Positions 1-13,600 of a stretch of DNA of 64,000 nucleotides are shown piece by piece (within the stretch, counting starts at the first letter, position 1; each line of letters begins with the position of its first letter). The DNA lies in NCBI GenBank assembly GCA_002269645.1, contig NIVC01000748.1:62001-126000 (forward strand), given 5' to 3'. The notes under the pieces are model-generated. The model did no database searches. It had not been told where the DNA came from and saw only the letters and a program-made list of their open reading frames with translations. Source of the DNA: Macrostomum lignano (taxonomy: Eukaryota). A program made the position numbers and the translations under genes.

Positions 1-3000
1 TGTCACGGTACAATGTCAATACATTGTCTACAGCTCTGAAGTGACTTTGGGGTGCTTATATAATGACTCTGGAGCCGTAGAGTCGTAGCTGAGGCGTGCT
101 CTGAAAACTTCGCCTCATCTACTACTGCAAGTAACTTAACATTCAAAAACTGTTTAAAAAAGCCAGAAAACTTCGCACCATTATTGTTAGTTGAAGTCGT
201 GGCGGTGCTGCTAGCTGCAACAGATGATGCTGCACATGATGAAACGTTAGTTGACTCTTTAATTGTTGAGTTCTGCTGAGCAGTGGCAATATGAGTGGCA
301 GTATTAGCACTGGCAGATTTCGCACCGGTAGAAGTTAAACCTACGGACGGATATTAAAGCACTTAGGTCAGTTGTGACAAAACAGGATGATTTTTGCTGA
401 GCTCTGCGCAACAGACGCTTAAATTGGCGCCCTCTAGCTAAAAATGGCGCCTTTTAGCTTAAATTGTGACGTCTTCTAACTAAAAATGGCGGCTTTTTCT
501 TACTAAAATGGCGCCTTCCAACTAAAAGTGGCGCCTTCTAACTAATAGTGGCGACTTCCAACTAAAATGGCGCCTTCCAACTAAAAGTGGCGCCTTCTAA
601 CTAAAAGTAGCGACTTCCAACTAAAAGTGGCGCCTTTTAACTAAAAGTGGCGCCTTCTAACTAAAAGTGGCGACTTCTAACTAAAAGTGGCGCCTTCCAA
701 CTAAAAGTGGCGCCTTCTAACTAATAGTTGCGCCTTTTAACTAAAAGTGGCGCCTTCTAACTAATAGTGGCGACTTCTAACTAAAAGTGGCGCCTTCTAA
801 CTAATAGTGGCGCCTTCCAACTAAAAGTGGCGACTTCCAACTAAAAGTGGCGCCTTTTAACTAAAAGTGGCGCCTTCTAACTAAAAGTGGCGACTTCTAA
901 CTAAAAGTGGCGCCTTCCAACTAAAAGTGGCGCCTTCTAACTAATAGTGGGCGCCTTTTAACTAATAGGGGCGCCTTCCAATTAAATGGCGCCTTTTTCT
1001 TAGTAAAAGTGGCGTCTTCTCAATAAAAGGGGCGCCTTCTAACTAAAGTGGCGCTATTTAACTAAAAGTGGTGCTATCTGACTAAAAGTGGCGCCTTTTA
1101 ACTAAAATTTCGCTAGAATCATACCATCTGCTGCACTAGTAACGGTCGCAGCAGCAGCAGCAGCAGCCAGAGATTCTGTAGATTTAGCTTCAACAGCCGG
1201 GGATAGGCAGGACACTGAAGAGCTGCCCCGACTATTAGGCCGAGCAGGATCTGACGGCGCGCCGATAGAAGCTTTAGACGATCGTCTAGGCCGCTTGCCA
1301 GTAGTGCTTGCAGCTGTTGAACTACTATTAGTAGCAGCAAAAGATGACAATGCCGGTATGGTGTGCTTCGGTCGCAAGCTGGTAAATAGTTGGTCGGCTA
1401 GGGATTGGGAATAGGGCGTGTCCGGCGCCGGCAGCTGCAGAGCGTCACCGTATCTGATTGGGGAGAATTATTAAACACAATGATGTCAGTAGCATAAATA
1501 TGCTTGCAGGTGGGCAGTGGGTGGTCAGTGAGCAGTCAGTGAGTAGTTAATGAGAAGTCAGTAAGCAGTCAGTGAGTAGTTAATGAGAAGTCAGTAAGTA
1601 GTCAATGAGTAGTAAATGAGCAGTCGGTGGGTGGTCAGTGAGCAGTCAGTGAGTAGTCAGTGAGCAGTCAGTGAGTAGTCAGTGAGCAGTCAGTGAGTAG
1701 TCAGTGAGCAGTCAGTGGGTGGTCAGTGAGCAGTTGGTGGGTAGTCAGTGAGCAGTCAGTGAGCAGTCAGTGAGCAGTTGGTGGGTAGTCAGTGAGCAGT
1801 CAGTGAGCAGTCAGTGAGCAGTCAGTGAGTAGTCAGTGAGCAGTCAGTGAGTAGTCAGTGAGCAGTCAGTGGGTGGTCAGTGAGCAGTCAGTGAGTAGTC
1901 AGTGAGCAGTCAGTGGGTGGTCAGTGAGCAGTCAGTGAGCAGTCAGTGAGCAGTCAGTGGGTGGTCAGTGAGCAGTCAGTGAGCAGTCAGTGGGTGGTCA
2001 GTGAGCAGTCAGTGGGTGGTCAGTGAGCAGTCAGTGGGTGGTCAGTGAGCAGTCAGTGAGCAGTCAGTGGGTAGTCAGCGGGTGGTCAGTGAGCAGTCAG
2101 TGAGCAGTCAGTGAGCAGTCAGTGAGCAGTCAGTGGGTGGTCAGTGAGCAGTCAGTGAGCAGTCAGTGGGTGGTCAGTGAGCAGTCAGTGAGCAGTCAGT
2201 GAGCAGTCAGTGAGCAGTCAGTGGGTGGTCAGTGAGCAGTCAGTGAGCAGTCAGTGAGCAGTCAGTGAGCAGTCAGTGAGCAGTCAGTGGGTGGTCAGTG
2301 AGCAGTCAGTGAGCAGTCAGTGAGCAGTCAGTGAGCAGTGACAAGCCAAAACAAAATCAAACAACAAAATCACCTGCTCTGCAGATTTTTAATATGAGCA
2401 GCCAGCTCTTTCAGCGCCAACTCCAGCTGCTGGTCGCCGGAGCTACTAATTTGACTTTTAGCGCTAGCGAACTCGGCGCTGTGAAAGGTGACGCAAGTTG
2501 AGGGCAGGATGGCCCGATCGTGAGTGCCAAAGAAGACAATTTCTACGCTGCCGTCCGGCCGGGTGCCAATGACTTTGCCAGGCCACTGGGGCCAGTGCCG
2601 CAGGCGGGCCCACACCAGCGGATGGGCGGTTGGGCAGAGGGAAGCAAATTTTCGTTCGCCATTCAAATAGCAGGACGGGCACTGCTCCAGACTGGCCGCC
2701 TCCCGTTTGATAGTCTGCATCAGCTGCTTGGCCGCAGCCGATATTGGCGCCTGTTTGGGGTGGTAACGGCTTTACTATACTGTAAACTGTACCTAATTAC
2801 CACTAAACTGTACCTAAGTACAACTTAACTGTACCTAAATACCATTAAACTGTACCTAATTACCATTAAACTGTACCTAAGTACCACTAAACTGTACCTA
2901 ATTACCAATAAATTGTACTTAAACACCATTAAACTATATAATTACCATTAAACTTTACCTACTTGCACTCAATGTTGAACCCAACCGCACTCAAAGCCGT

Positions 3001-5383
3001 ACCTAATTGCACTTAAAGTTGTAGCTAATTGGCACTTAATTTGCGCCTAATTGCATTCAATCTGTACCTAATTGTACTCCAATCTGTACCTAATTGTACT
3101 CCAATCTGTACCTAATTGTACTCCAATCTGTACCTAATTGTACTCCAATCTGTACCTAATTGTACTCCAATCTGTACCTAATTGTACTCCAATCTGTACC
3201 TAATTGTACTCCAATCTGTACCTAATTGTACTCCAATCTGTACCTAATTGTACTCCAATCTGTACCTAATTGTACTCCAATCTGTACCTAATTGTACTCC
3301 AATCTGTACCTAATTGTACTCCAATCTGTACCTAATTGTACTCCAATCTGTACCTAATTGTACTCCAATCTGTACCTAATTGTACTCCAATCTGTACCTA
3401 ATTGTACTCCAATCTGTACCTAATTGTACTCCAATCTGTACCTAATTGTACTCCAATCTGTACCTAATTGTACTCCAATCTGTACCTAATTGTACTCCAA
3501 TCTGTACCTAATTGTACTCCAATCTGTACCTAATTGTACTCCAATCTGTACCTAATTGTACTCCAATCTGTACCTAATTGTACTCCAATCTGTACCTAAT
3601 TGTACTCCAATCTGTACCTAATTGTACTCCAATCTGTACCTAATTGTACTCCAATCTGTACCTTATTGTACTCCAATCTGTACCTAATTGTACTCCAATC
3701 TGTACCTCATGGACCCAGCTGTACACAATTACAAGATGTAGCCAAGTCGCAAACAAACCTGCGATCCATTATAAACGATACAATTATGCAACAGCCACTT
3801 GGCTTCGGACAGAAATGCTTCAACGCTAGAAAACTCTTTTTGCAAAGCCCTAGACCGCAGACTAGACAGGTCCAGTGGATGACAGACAAACGCGGCATAG
3901 TCAGGCGCTACATCAGAGGACACTGGCTCGCGGAATGGCATAGACTTCGGCTGAGCAGATATTGTCTCGCACAACAGGCCAAGAGCATCGGCTAATTGAT
4001 TAAGTCGTTCCTCGGCGTCAGGCCGATTAGCTAACGCTGTTTCCAGGGCTAGCGATTGAGAACAATCTGCGCACACTATAGCGCTACTACTATTAGTAGC
4101 GGCAGTTGAAGACGAGGAACTACTACCGGAGACTGCCGTTGCTTCATCAATCGCCGGCGATGCTGGATTAATAATTGTGCTCGAACCGCCTGGCGAGCAG
4201 CGCTGATGAAACACCCGAGGACAGGCGGCGCAGTGGATGGCGCCGCTGCCGCCGCTGGCGCCGCCGCCAAACCGGCATTCCCTGTGACAGCGCCAGCAGA
4301 ACCGATCGCTACCAGATTTATTAAAGCCCGTAGTCGCCAATTTGTCTTTATTGTTGTCGTCAGCTGATTGACGCCTCGGCCGTTTGCCGCCATTCAGACT
4401 GCCAATTGAGCTGCGCTTCCTGCCCGCTCCGCGACTCCTGCCCGGTTCGTCATCAAAAGCGTCGGGGGCTTCTTCTTCATCGCCTGTGCCGTCAGCGGCG
4501 CATCGGTCTTCGTCCATATTATCGTTATTGTCGTTAGTAGTTTTATTACTGTTACCAGGACTGTCGCTATTATTATGATTATCATTACTGTTGTTATTGT
4601 TGTTATTCGTGGATTGATCTTTCTTATCGGCTTCTTCATCAGCTGACGCCGCAGCTTCCTCAGATTCGTCTGCATCGACAGTCGGATCAGCTGGCGACTC
4701 GCGATGATCGGAGTAGCCGGCCTTTGGCGAAACGGCTAGCGGGTATGGGAGAATTTTACAATAGCTGATTACGCAACATATAGCGAGTCTTTTATGTGCG
4801 ACAGGTGGGGTCAGCCAGAAAGTGAGTCAGTGAATCAGTGGTGAGTCAGTCAATAAGTGAGTGAGTCAGTGAATCAGTGAGTAAGTCAGTGAATCAGTGG
4901 TGAGTCTGTCAGTGAATAAGTGGTGAGTCTGTCAGTGAATAAGTGGGTGAGTAAGTGAATCAGTGAGTTAGTGAGTCAATGAGTGAATCAGTGGATTAGT
5001 AAGTGAGTCAGTGAATCAATTAGTGAGTCAGTAAATCAATGGGTGAGTCAGTGAGTAAGTCACAGAAAAAGTGAGTAAGTCAGTGAATCAATTAGTCAGT
5101 CAGTAAATCAATGGGTGAGTCAGTGAATCATTGATTGAGTCGGGAAGTTAGTTATTGAGTCAGTGGGTCCATCAGTCATTTAATGACAGTAAGTAGTTGG
5201 TCGCGAGATATATAAAATTTAAACAAATAATCGCAACGGGATTGACAAACCAGCCTCACCAGGAGCAACTGCATCCTGGCCTAATGAAACTGCATCCTCA
5301 GCTTCCATCGGTTCGTCAGGTATTGAGTCGCCGTTCTCCTTAGATACGTCGGCGTCAGTGAAAGCACCGGCAGAGTCTGACAT
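1..5383 (-). CDS. ZMYND8: ZMYND8/PRKCBP1-like chromatin reader (PHD-bromodomain-Zn-PWWP), multi-exon, 3' part beyond the left edge
   Basis: Exons inferred from GT/AG and frame continuity: 5383-5260, 4735-3759, 2750-2374, 1453-1125, 340-179, possibly one below 130. PHD FCWRCHRE..HCAACPRVFHQRC; bromodomain FREPVSSDVAPDYAAFVCHPLDL..EAFLSEAKWLLHNCIVYNG; CPSCYL; PWWP HPLVWARLRHWPQWPGKV..VFFGTHDRAILP. This matches the ZMYND8/ZMYND11 architecture. An extra upstream exon at 5633-5532 is possible. Confidence 0.85.
421..1105. repeat. 20-bp minisatellite (AACTAAAAGTGGCGCCTTCT)n in a ZMYND8 intron
   Basis: About 33 tandem units with clear 20-bp periodicity. Confidence 0.95.
1515..2340. repeat. 11-bp minisatellite (CAGTGAGCAGT, variant CAGTGGGTGGT)n in a ZMYND8 intron
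   Basis: Direct reading of tandem units. Confidence 0.95.
2770..3710. repeat. 22-bp minisatellite (AATCTGTACCTAATTGTACTCC)n, preceded by a degenerate related array
   Basis: About 30 near-perfect copies at 3057-3707; diverged CTGTACCTAA-type units at 2770-3056. Confidence 0.95.
4805..5180. repeat. Degenerate GTGAGTCAGTGAATCA-type repeat in a ZMYND8 intron
   Basis: Recurring GTGAGT/CAGTGAAT units. Confidence 0.85.
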
Positions 5384-6406
5384 CTGGTTCAGTATTATTT
5401 CGATGATATTCTACTAGTTCAATTCTAATTAACTTTTGTTTAAAGAATTTCATGCATAGAGATTAGTTTTAGAGACAAAGTTATTTTAATTATGCTATTT
5501 TTACTTGAGGTAGCAATTTATACATTACTACCTCTGCACATTGGCACAGGGTCTTAGGCGATTTGATAGTCCCATAAACGGTCCAAAAGAGACTGAGGCA
5601 ATTCTGCCCAGTCCGATGACTCTAGTCCTCATGGCCTATAGATATTGCAGTTTAAATAACAGAAAGGAATGCAAAAATAATTATGATGCTGCTCAAATTA
5701 ACAATGTATTTAATTGATTTGAATTAAACAAAGACTAAACAATAAAAGCAATAAAAATGATAAAAAAACTGTTTAAACAGAATGTAAAAGCAGAAACAGA
5801 ATGATCGATTGTGGTTAATGTTGGGCATTAACATGGATACTGGTAAGTGGCAGCGGCATATATTTAATCAGTAAATCATCTATATCATCTGTATATGCAC
5901 TATTTGAGAAGAGAAATAGAGCAAATCCAGCCCACTCAAGGTTTGTATCTCTTCTCATCTCTGCTCTCATTTGATTTCTTATCTTATCTCTTGATTTAAA
6001 GCAGGTTTCAAACTAGCAAACACAGGTTACAGTGCGCAATATAAATATATATTAGTGCGCAGTTGAGAAGCGCACAAGTTATTAATTATACCTCGTACAC
6101 AAACAACTGCACACAGATTTAGTTGGGAGAAAAGAATCCGAAAAAAAACATATGAAAAATTCAATGGGTCAAAAGATCAAATATTCGAGATATTCGAAAA
6201 AAACGATGCTTTTTTTAATGCTTTCAATGTTTGAATATCGATTTTTAATGCTCCCCATCGGTGGCTTAGTGCGCTAGTTTGATGTTAAATTGATTATATC
6301 AGTATAAATTAACAAAAACATTAACAACACTTATAAAGCTTAAGTTTTCCAGTTTGTTTTCCAGCAGTCCTTGATAAACAGTGCCACTTGGAATCGAAAC
6401 TTCATT

Positions 6407-9069
6407 TCAAGCGCTAGACTTTGCTAGTTTGTCACTAGAGTTGCAGTCGTCATAATTATTGCCATGAATTCCTTCAGCGCTAACGCCTGATCCGTCCTTC
6501 ATCTTATTCAGCGAGGCTGTCAGCGCGTTCAAACGTTCATCAGCTTCGTTTAGATGAGTAGCTAGCATCTCTTGTCGTTTAACAATGGTATAACCAAACG
6601 AAGCCAGCAGTATGATTACATTGCTCAGCCACCACAATGCTGTTTTAATCTCGGCAAATACCAGATAGCCCAGTACAGTTTGAGCACAGGCTTTAGCCGT
6701 ACCGCTCACATTATGAGTCAGCGGGCTGGTGTACTGAATCTGCAAGCCGGTCACGTAGCCAATGGCAAAGCCCAGAACACCGGAGCCCAATAGTACAAAG
6801 AGTAAATTTACTCTGCCTGACCGAGGAAACTCCATCACGTGACCAATATCGCTAGTAAATAATAATACGGGCAGGAATGCAAAGCTGGCATTGAAATTAT
6901 TATATAGACTCAGCTTCCAAATGCTATTATCCACTGTTGGCAGAACCTTCTTAGTGTAGATCGCATTCAGAGCTACAAATAGCGAGGCTAATAGGCCATA
7001 AATCACTCCGGACACAGAGAGAGAACCTGAAATTTATTTTATAAAATAACAAGCATTTATAAATATCTGCTCAGGCGTAAAAGTGATTTACTGTGCGGGA
7101 ATATTTCTACAAAAGAACATCTGGTATGCAATTTTTGAAATTATAATAATTGTAGCCGGATTGCGCCAAAAAATATAATTGATGACGAAACTGAAACAAA
7201 GAAGCAGGCAATTGCAGAGATTGGAAGAGCTATTTCCAGTGAAAATAAAGGAAATTGTGCAGTGATGGCTCATTTGGTGTTGGCCTGGACGGTTACAAAG
7301 AAATAACCGAGATAGAACTGAAATGGCCAATGACAGTGGCCAATTTCTAGGAATAAGGGAGGCTGATATCTAGGAATAAGGGAGGCTGATTTCTAGGAAT
7401 AAGGGAGGCTGATTTCTAGGAATAACGGAGGCTGATTTCTAGGAATAAGGGAGGCTGATTTCTAAGAATAAAGGAGGCTGATTTCTAGGAATAACGGAGG
7501 CTGATTTCTAGGAATAAAGGAGGCTGATTTCTAGGAATAACGGAGGCTGATTTCTAGGAATAAGGGAGGCTGATTTCTAAGAATAAAGGAGGCTGATTTC
7601 TAGGAATAACGGAGGCTGATTTCTAGGAATAAAGGAGGCTGATTTCTAGGAATAAAGGAGGCTGATTTCTAGTAATAAAGGAGGCTGATTTCTAGGAATA
7701 ACGGAGGCTGATTTCTAGGAATAACGGAGGCTGATTTCTAGGAATAAGGGACGCTGATTTCTAAGAATAAAGGAGGCTGATTTCTAGGAATAACGGAGAC
7801 TGGTTTCTAGGAATAACGGAGGCTGATTTCTAGGAATAACGGAGACTGGTTTCTAGGAATAACGGAGGCTGATTTCTTGGAATAACGGAGGCTGATTTCT
7901 AGGGATAACGGAGGCTGATTTCTAGGAATAAGGGAGGCTGATTTCTAGGAATAACGGAGGTTGATTTCTAGGAATAATGAACCTTGCTGCTTTCTAGGAA
8001 TAATGGAGGCCGATTTCTAGGAATAACGGATGCTAGTTTTGCAAACAGTTATAGGCATGAAAAAGGATAACGGCCTATGGAAAAATGAAAATAAAAAATT
8101 ATGTCTAATATAGCCAAACGAAAACTAAATCGCTCACCAGCTAATTTCTCTTGGTCAAGACCGAGTAGAAAGCCAAACACGATGAACCCGCAGCAAATCC
8201 AAGCTTTAAGAGAAGTAACCTGGCCCAAAATAGCGTATGACAGTAACGCGTTGAATACTGTGGTGAACGATCGGCCAGCATAATAGAAACTGATGCCAAC
8301 GTCTTTCAGGCACAGGTTATTAAATGTTATCATGCACACGAAAACCAGAGACAGTGGCGCCACGTCGCGACAAACTCGCGGATCGATCTGTTTATGAAAT
8401 TGTTCAATTTATAGATAATACTCGTATATATGATATACTCTTATATCCCATTTGTCCTTCTGTATGCCATTCTCTCATCTCACCATAACTCTAAACCGCA
8501 TCTGTTTTTATCCCAACCTGAATCTATTCTACCGGTATCTGTACCTAAATCTCACATATTCTATCTCTACCTGAATCTCATCTATTCTATTTCTACCTGA
8601 GTCTCATTTATTCTATCTCTACCTAAATCTCATCTATTCTATATCTACCTGAATCTCATCTATCTATCTCTACCCGAATCTCTTATATTCTATCTCCTGT
8701 ACCTCTTCTCAATATACTAATTGGCTACTCTTATCTCACCATGCCTACTCAGTGTACAATAAAATATTTTAATGTACAATAAAAACATAATCTGCTAAAA
8801 AACTTCACCTTAATGGATGGAAAAGCAATCAGATTAGGCTTCAAATATGATAGGCCACGAAGCAGGACGCACAGCGCCACAGACACCAGGCATTGAAACC
8901 AGGTGACAAAATATGGCGCATCAAGTTTCAACGAGCGACTACTAAGCAAGTACTTGTTGACAAAGACTAATGATATAGATACTATCCAATAGGCTGCTAC
9001 AACAGTAGCAATTGTAATTGATTTGGCTGCAAATGCGCGATCCTGTAGCATTTTAGATTCGAGTCTCAT
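6407..9069 (-). CDS. SLC35C1: GDP-fucose transporter 1 (nucleotide-sugar transporter), 3 exons
   Basis: Exons 9069-8809, 8387-8138, 7026-6407 with canonical GT/AG and consistent phases. Motifs [83 protein letters not shown] are typical of SLC35C1. Confidence 0.93.
7340..8030. repeat. 23-bp minisatellite (GGAGGCTGATTTCTAGGAATAAC)n in SLC35C1 intron 2
   Basis: About 30 tandem units. Confidence 0.95.
8500..8720. repeat. Degenerate ~29-bp repeat (ATCTCATCTATTCTATCTCTACCTGA) in SLC35C1 intron 1
   Basis: About 6-7 diverged units. Confidence 0.75.
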
Positions 9070-12000
9070 TTTTATATATGCTTGTTTTTTAAGCTGATAT
9101 TTTCTATATCAGCAAACACAGTGATAGATAAATAGCAGCACTTTACATGAATTAATGTAGAGGCATTAAAAAATACAACATAGCCCATACCTAAATGTTA
9201 TGTTTCACAGTTTTTGCAATTAAGATTGTAAGAAACAATAAAAACACGAAAAGGATTTGCATGTAAATAAACAATATATTTCTTCCCAAAAGTAAGTGAT
9301 AACTAATATTTATTAATAGTTGACTTGGGTTTTATAGTTCAGTGGTCTAGTCCATAACTCTTGTGCCAGTGGCCCCCTTGACTCCAAGTGTAGCACATTT
9401 AAATTTGGGCCTAAATTGAAATTTTGGTTTGGGTCTGCTTGTGCAATTAATGGCCTAATAGGCCAACTTTGTAGGAATAGTGAAGTTTAACAATGAATAA
9501 ACATTTGAAAAAGTTGCACTTAGAAATGATTACCATTTATAAACAAAATAGCTAGATAATATAGATATTAACTAAGACATATACTAAAACAAAATAATAT
9601 ATTTATACATGTACAAACATCTGATTCTGAAATTATAGGCCTACTGGACATGAATTTCAACTTATCAAATCTTTTGTGCAACTTTATTAGTTTTTTTAAA
9701 TATTTGTTGCATTCTGCTTGTTTTTTTCTTCATTTTGCTTCCTGGTGCAACTTTTGTCTTTATCTTTTCAATATGCCATTTTTTGTTTCTTTGCTTTCCT
9801 GTCTATTTTGATTATCAATTTTATAACTATATATATGTGTATTATTAAATATATAACTATGATTTCACTTTTGCTTGTATCAAAATAAACTAGTTTTTGA
9901 TAAGCAATTGACACCTTTGTGGTATATTTTGACAATTTTATTTAATAAAATTACTGTGAAGTTTCTCTGTAGAAGTTTGTATTTCTTCCTTTTTATTGAA
10001 TCATTTAGCAACCATGTGATTTATCGTGTGAAGTGATTCTTCATGTAATATGACCCTGTGATTTTCACTTTTGCTTTCATCAGAATCAGTATTATTTTTT
10101 ATCGGCAATTGCCACCTATGTTGGTATCTTTTGAATGCAATTCAGTCCAACAAAATTACCTTGTAGAAGTTTCTGCAAAAATCAAGAAAAAAATACAAAA
10201 ACAAAGGTATAGTTAAGGTCAATAACATCATTGAACAAACACTAACCATCTTAGCACAACAATTAGCCTATTCTAATGCTAACCTTGAAATACCAAGTTA
10301 ACAAGTAAATATTTTGCAGCAGTTAAAATTAAAAATGCTTAATGCAAAGCAAAGAAAATCAACTGTATACTAAAAAGTTAAAAACTTTTTTAAAACAAAA
10401 CATACAACCAAATTTCTAATCTAACTAAAGGGTAAATACAGTAGACTGCAGTAAATGTTTTGTGATTCAAGTGAATCTAATGCAAATGATGGAGATAAAA
10501 GTTATAAAGCACTAGAAATACCTTGTAAGTCTTTGCAAGAGATATTTGTATATCTGGAAATAGAAATTGATTTTTCTATGCTGTTTGCTGCCAGTTGCAG
10601 AGTATAACACTTGAAGCAAAGCTAAGTAATATAATCATTTAAGAATATTTTCTTAGACAGTTTTTTGATGCCTAAACTAATTAAACAAGGAGCTGTTTTG
10701 CCAGAAGATGCCAATGAGATTTTTTATTTGTCATTTTAGAATAGAGTATATCTGCATGATTCTATTATGCCACTTTTTAGTTCATGTTTTAATGTTAATT
10801 CAATAATTTATTAGCATTAAAACCTTTTGCAAGCAGATAACAGTTTAATTTTGCACTATTGTTTTCCTATGTGGCCTTCAACTTCCTCCAAGGGCTTGCA
10901 GTCTGCCATTTATGAATTTGGTACAAAAACTAAAAAGAAAATATAGTCTCTTAAATATACCAGAGTAAATTTGCAACTTAGTTCTATATAGTATAGGCCC
11001 CCTTAGCATTACCTAAGTTATTGAAATTTACAGTAATGAGTTAATATATGTTAAAGTACTTTAGACTAGGCCTACTTCTTAGTATGTCTTTCTAGGCCCT
11101 CAGTTAAAACTGTTAGGGCTATTAGGCTAAGGTGTAGATGACCTGCTAAAACTATTAGTAGAAGTATAGGTCAGGCAGACTCAGACAAGGTCAATGCAAT
11201 TACTGGTTATTAGACTAAGATTGCTGCTAGTGATAGGCCTATGAAATAGGACCAACATTTTCAGCATAGGTATATTACACTTGTATGATATTTTTCAAAA
11301 TTTTATTTTAACTCTAATGAAAAACTAATATTAGTAGTAATAAATGATATAAGTATATATAATCCTGACAGAGTATATAAAATAAAATATATTTAGTATA
11401 TTAAGTAAAATATATTAGTATATTTAGTAAAATATATTAAAAATATATTTAGTTGCCTAAAATTTATTAATATAAAAGTATAGCCATTTGCTCTTTTGGT
11501 CAGTTAGTATAAAGTGTAGTATAAATTTAAAAAAATATAATTTAAATAATAAGTGACAAGTTATGCGTTAAGACAAAGTAAATGGTTTTTTTTGTTTTTG
11601 CTTAACTTCCTGCAGCATGTTGGTCTTGTAGCATGACTATTCCTAGATAGAAACATAACAATAGAAGCAACTAATGCTAATACTTATCCCATTGGTTCTA
11701 AAAGCATAAAATTTGTGCCTTCCTAAATAACATTAGGAAATACAATATAACTCAATGTTACATATGACATTATTTGAAATGAAAGAGACAATTGACTGTT
11801 GGTTGCATTAGCAATATTATCAATAGCAAGCTGCACCACAAAATCAATAGTTTTCTAACATAGCCATAGGGAGACATAGGAGATTGCAGCTAAGGTTGTT
11901 CAGATTTTTCCTGCAACTCAACTAGATAGACACATTTCACTAATAGATTAGTGACTAGATTGAGGGCTACTAGACCTATAGCAAGGCATCCTAAATTATA

Positions 12001-12296
12001 AGAACTTGCAACAATATGCAACTTCAAATTCTATTCTTGATTGCATTAAGAATGAGCCTAAGCTGCAACAATCATTGCATTTTTACTCTAATAAAGAAAT
12101 ATAGGAAAACTATTTAAAGTAAGTCTTTTGTATTAGTGTTTAGGCCTAGCCATTAGCTTATTTATTATATGATCATTAAGCTTTAGCCTTGCATTTGAAT
12201 ACTTTGCACATGGAATATAAAACTAATAATTCTCATTTCAAAGCAAGGTCCAAGAATCTAATAGTATATAATATTAGGCCTATAATTATCTAAAAA

Positions 12297-13600
12297 TCCT
12301 ATATACTAAAAATGAGTTGTCTGTATGTGGGTAGGTATGCGATAGATTTCAGAAAAAATGGCTCAACCGATTTTCTTCATAATAATTCTATAATTTTCCT
12401 TTAAAATTAATACCAATAGACAATACTAATGTCAATGGGCAATGGTAATATTTTTTATAGATTATAATCTATCAATTATTAAAACAAAAAAAGTTTTATA
12501 ATATAGTAAATTGCTATAAACATTTTTTAAAGTCCTTTGTCTGTTAATATACAAAACTTTTGGTATTTTGCCTTTAGCCTTTGATGGGTTTTGCCAACTA
12601 TGATCCTATAGCACTATTTAATCATAACAAACATTTCTGCTTTTAGCCTAGAAGTGAACTATATACTACTTTTTTAATATTCCTTGTATTTTATAAGTTT
12701 TTATTATATAGGCCTATGTCCATACTGTGCTAGATGAATATTTATCCAGTACAAGACGAATAACTTCACTTTTATTTATCTGGTACCAGATGATCTTCAA
12801 GGTTATTTATCTAGTATTGGACAAATAGTCATTATATTGCCTATTTAAATATAGGGGCCTACCTAAAATAAATACTAGAATAAATAAAATATAAACTATT
12901 TTTATATACTGTGTAGCTTGTAATACCTATAATAGCTATATAGATAGGCCCTAGTCTAATAATATTTGACCACAAATATATCGTTTGAAGGTGAATAAGT
13001 TATATTATTGTTAGTTTCTTTTGAAATACCCTTTGTACTTTGCATTATTAATAGTACAATACAAGTACTATGATCTAAAAAATGCTAAGCTATAAACACA
13101 TAAATCACACCTAAACTTTATCTACTAAGTCATAGTACTGACTTTAGTTAGATATAAAACTCTATAAAAAAGATACATCATACAAGGACACATATTGAGG
13201 AATCCCTGATGGGATAACTATTTATGAAGTTTTTTCAGTTACCATGTAAATAACACTGGCAATATTCACATGGTACTGTCTACTGTGTCTGTGTAAATAA
13301 TGACTGAATAATGATTCCTTTTTTACCATGCATCATACTAGGCCTAGCCTAACTAGGACTCGACTCTAGTGCAAATAAATATCCCTATTGTGCAATCTGG
13401 CAGGCACTCAACATGATACGGAGCATTGGAATGGGTTGGCCTATGCTAAAATGTAAAGGGCCTAGGCCCCTTTGGCTATGCAAACTTTGAAGGTCATTTC
13501 TAGGCCTACGCCTACTTAGAAATTTCTAGAATATAATGTACTACTATGTACTATCTAGTATATAAACTTAGGGCGTAGGCAAGCAGGCTACAAGTTCTAG
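12297..13600 (+). mobile_element. Non-autonomous Helitron-like remnant
   Basis: 5' end A|TCCTATATACTAAAAATGAGTTGTCTGTATG..GGCTCAACCGATTTT resembles Lep1/DINE-type Helitron 5' ends. 3' end GGGCGTAGGCAAGCAGGCTACAAGTTCTAG|T; insertion between A and T. Weak YSHGTVY similarity to the helicase FSHGQLY motif near 13262. Confidence 0.55.

Noticed and set aside
11616-12118. Exon-like segment bounded by a strong acceptor (TTCCTGCAG) and donor (GTAAGT)
   Set aside because: Multiple stops in the frames I read and no recognisable protein; stop density fits random AT-rich DNA.
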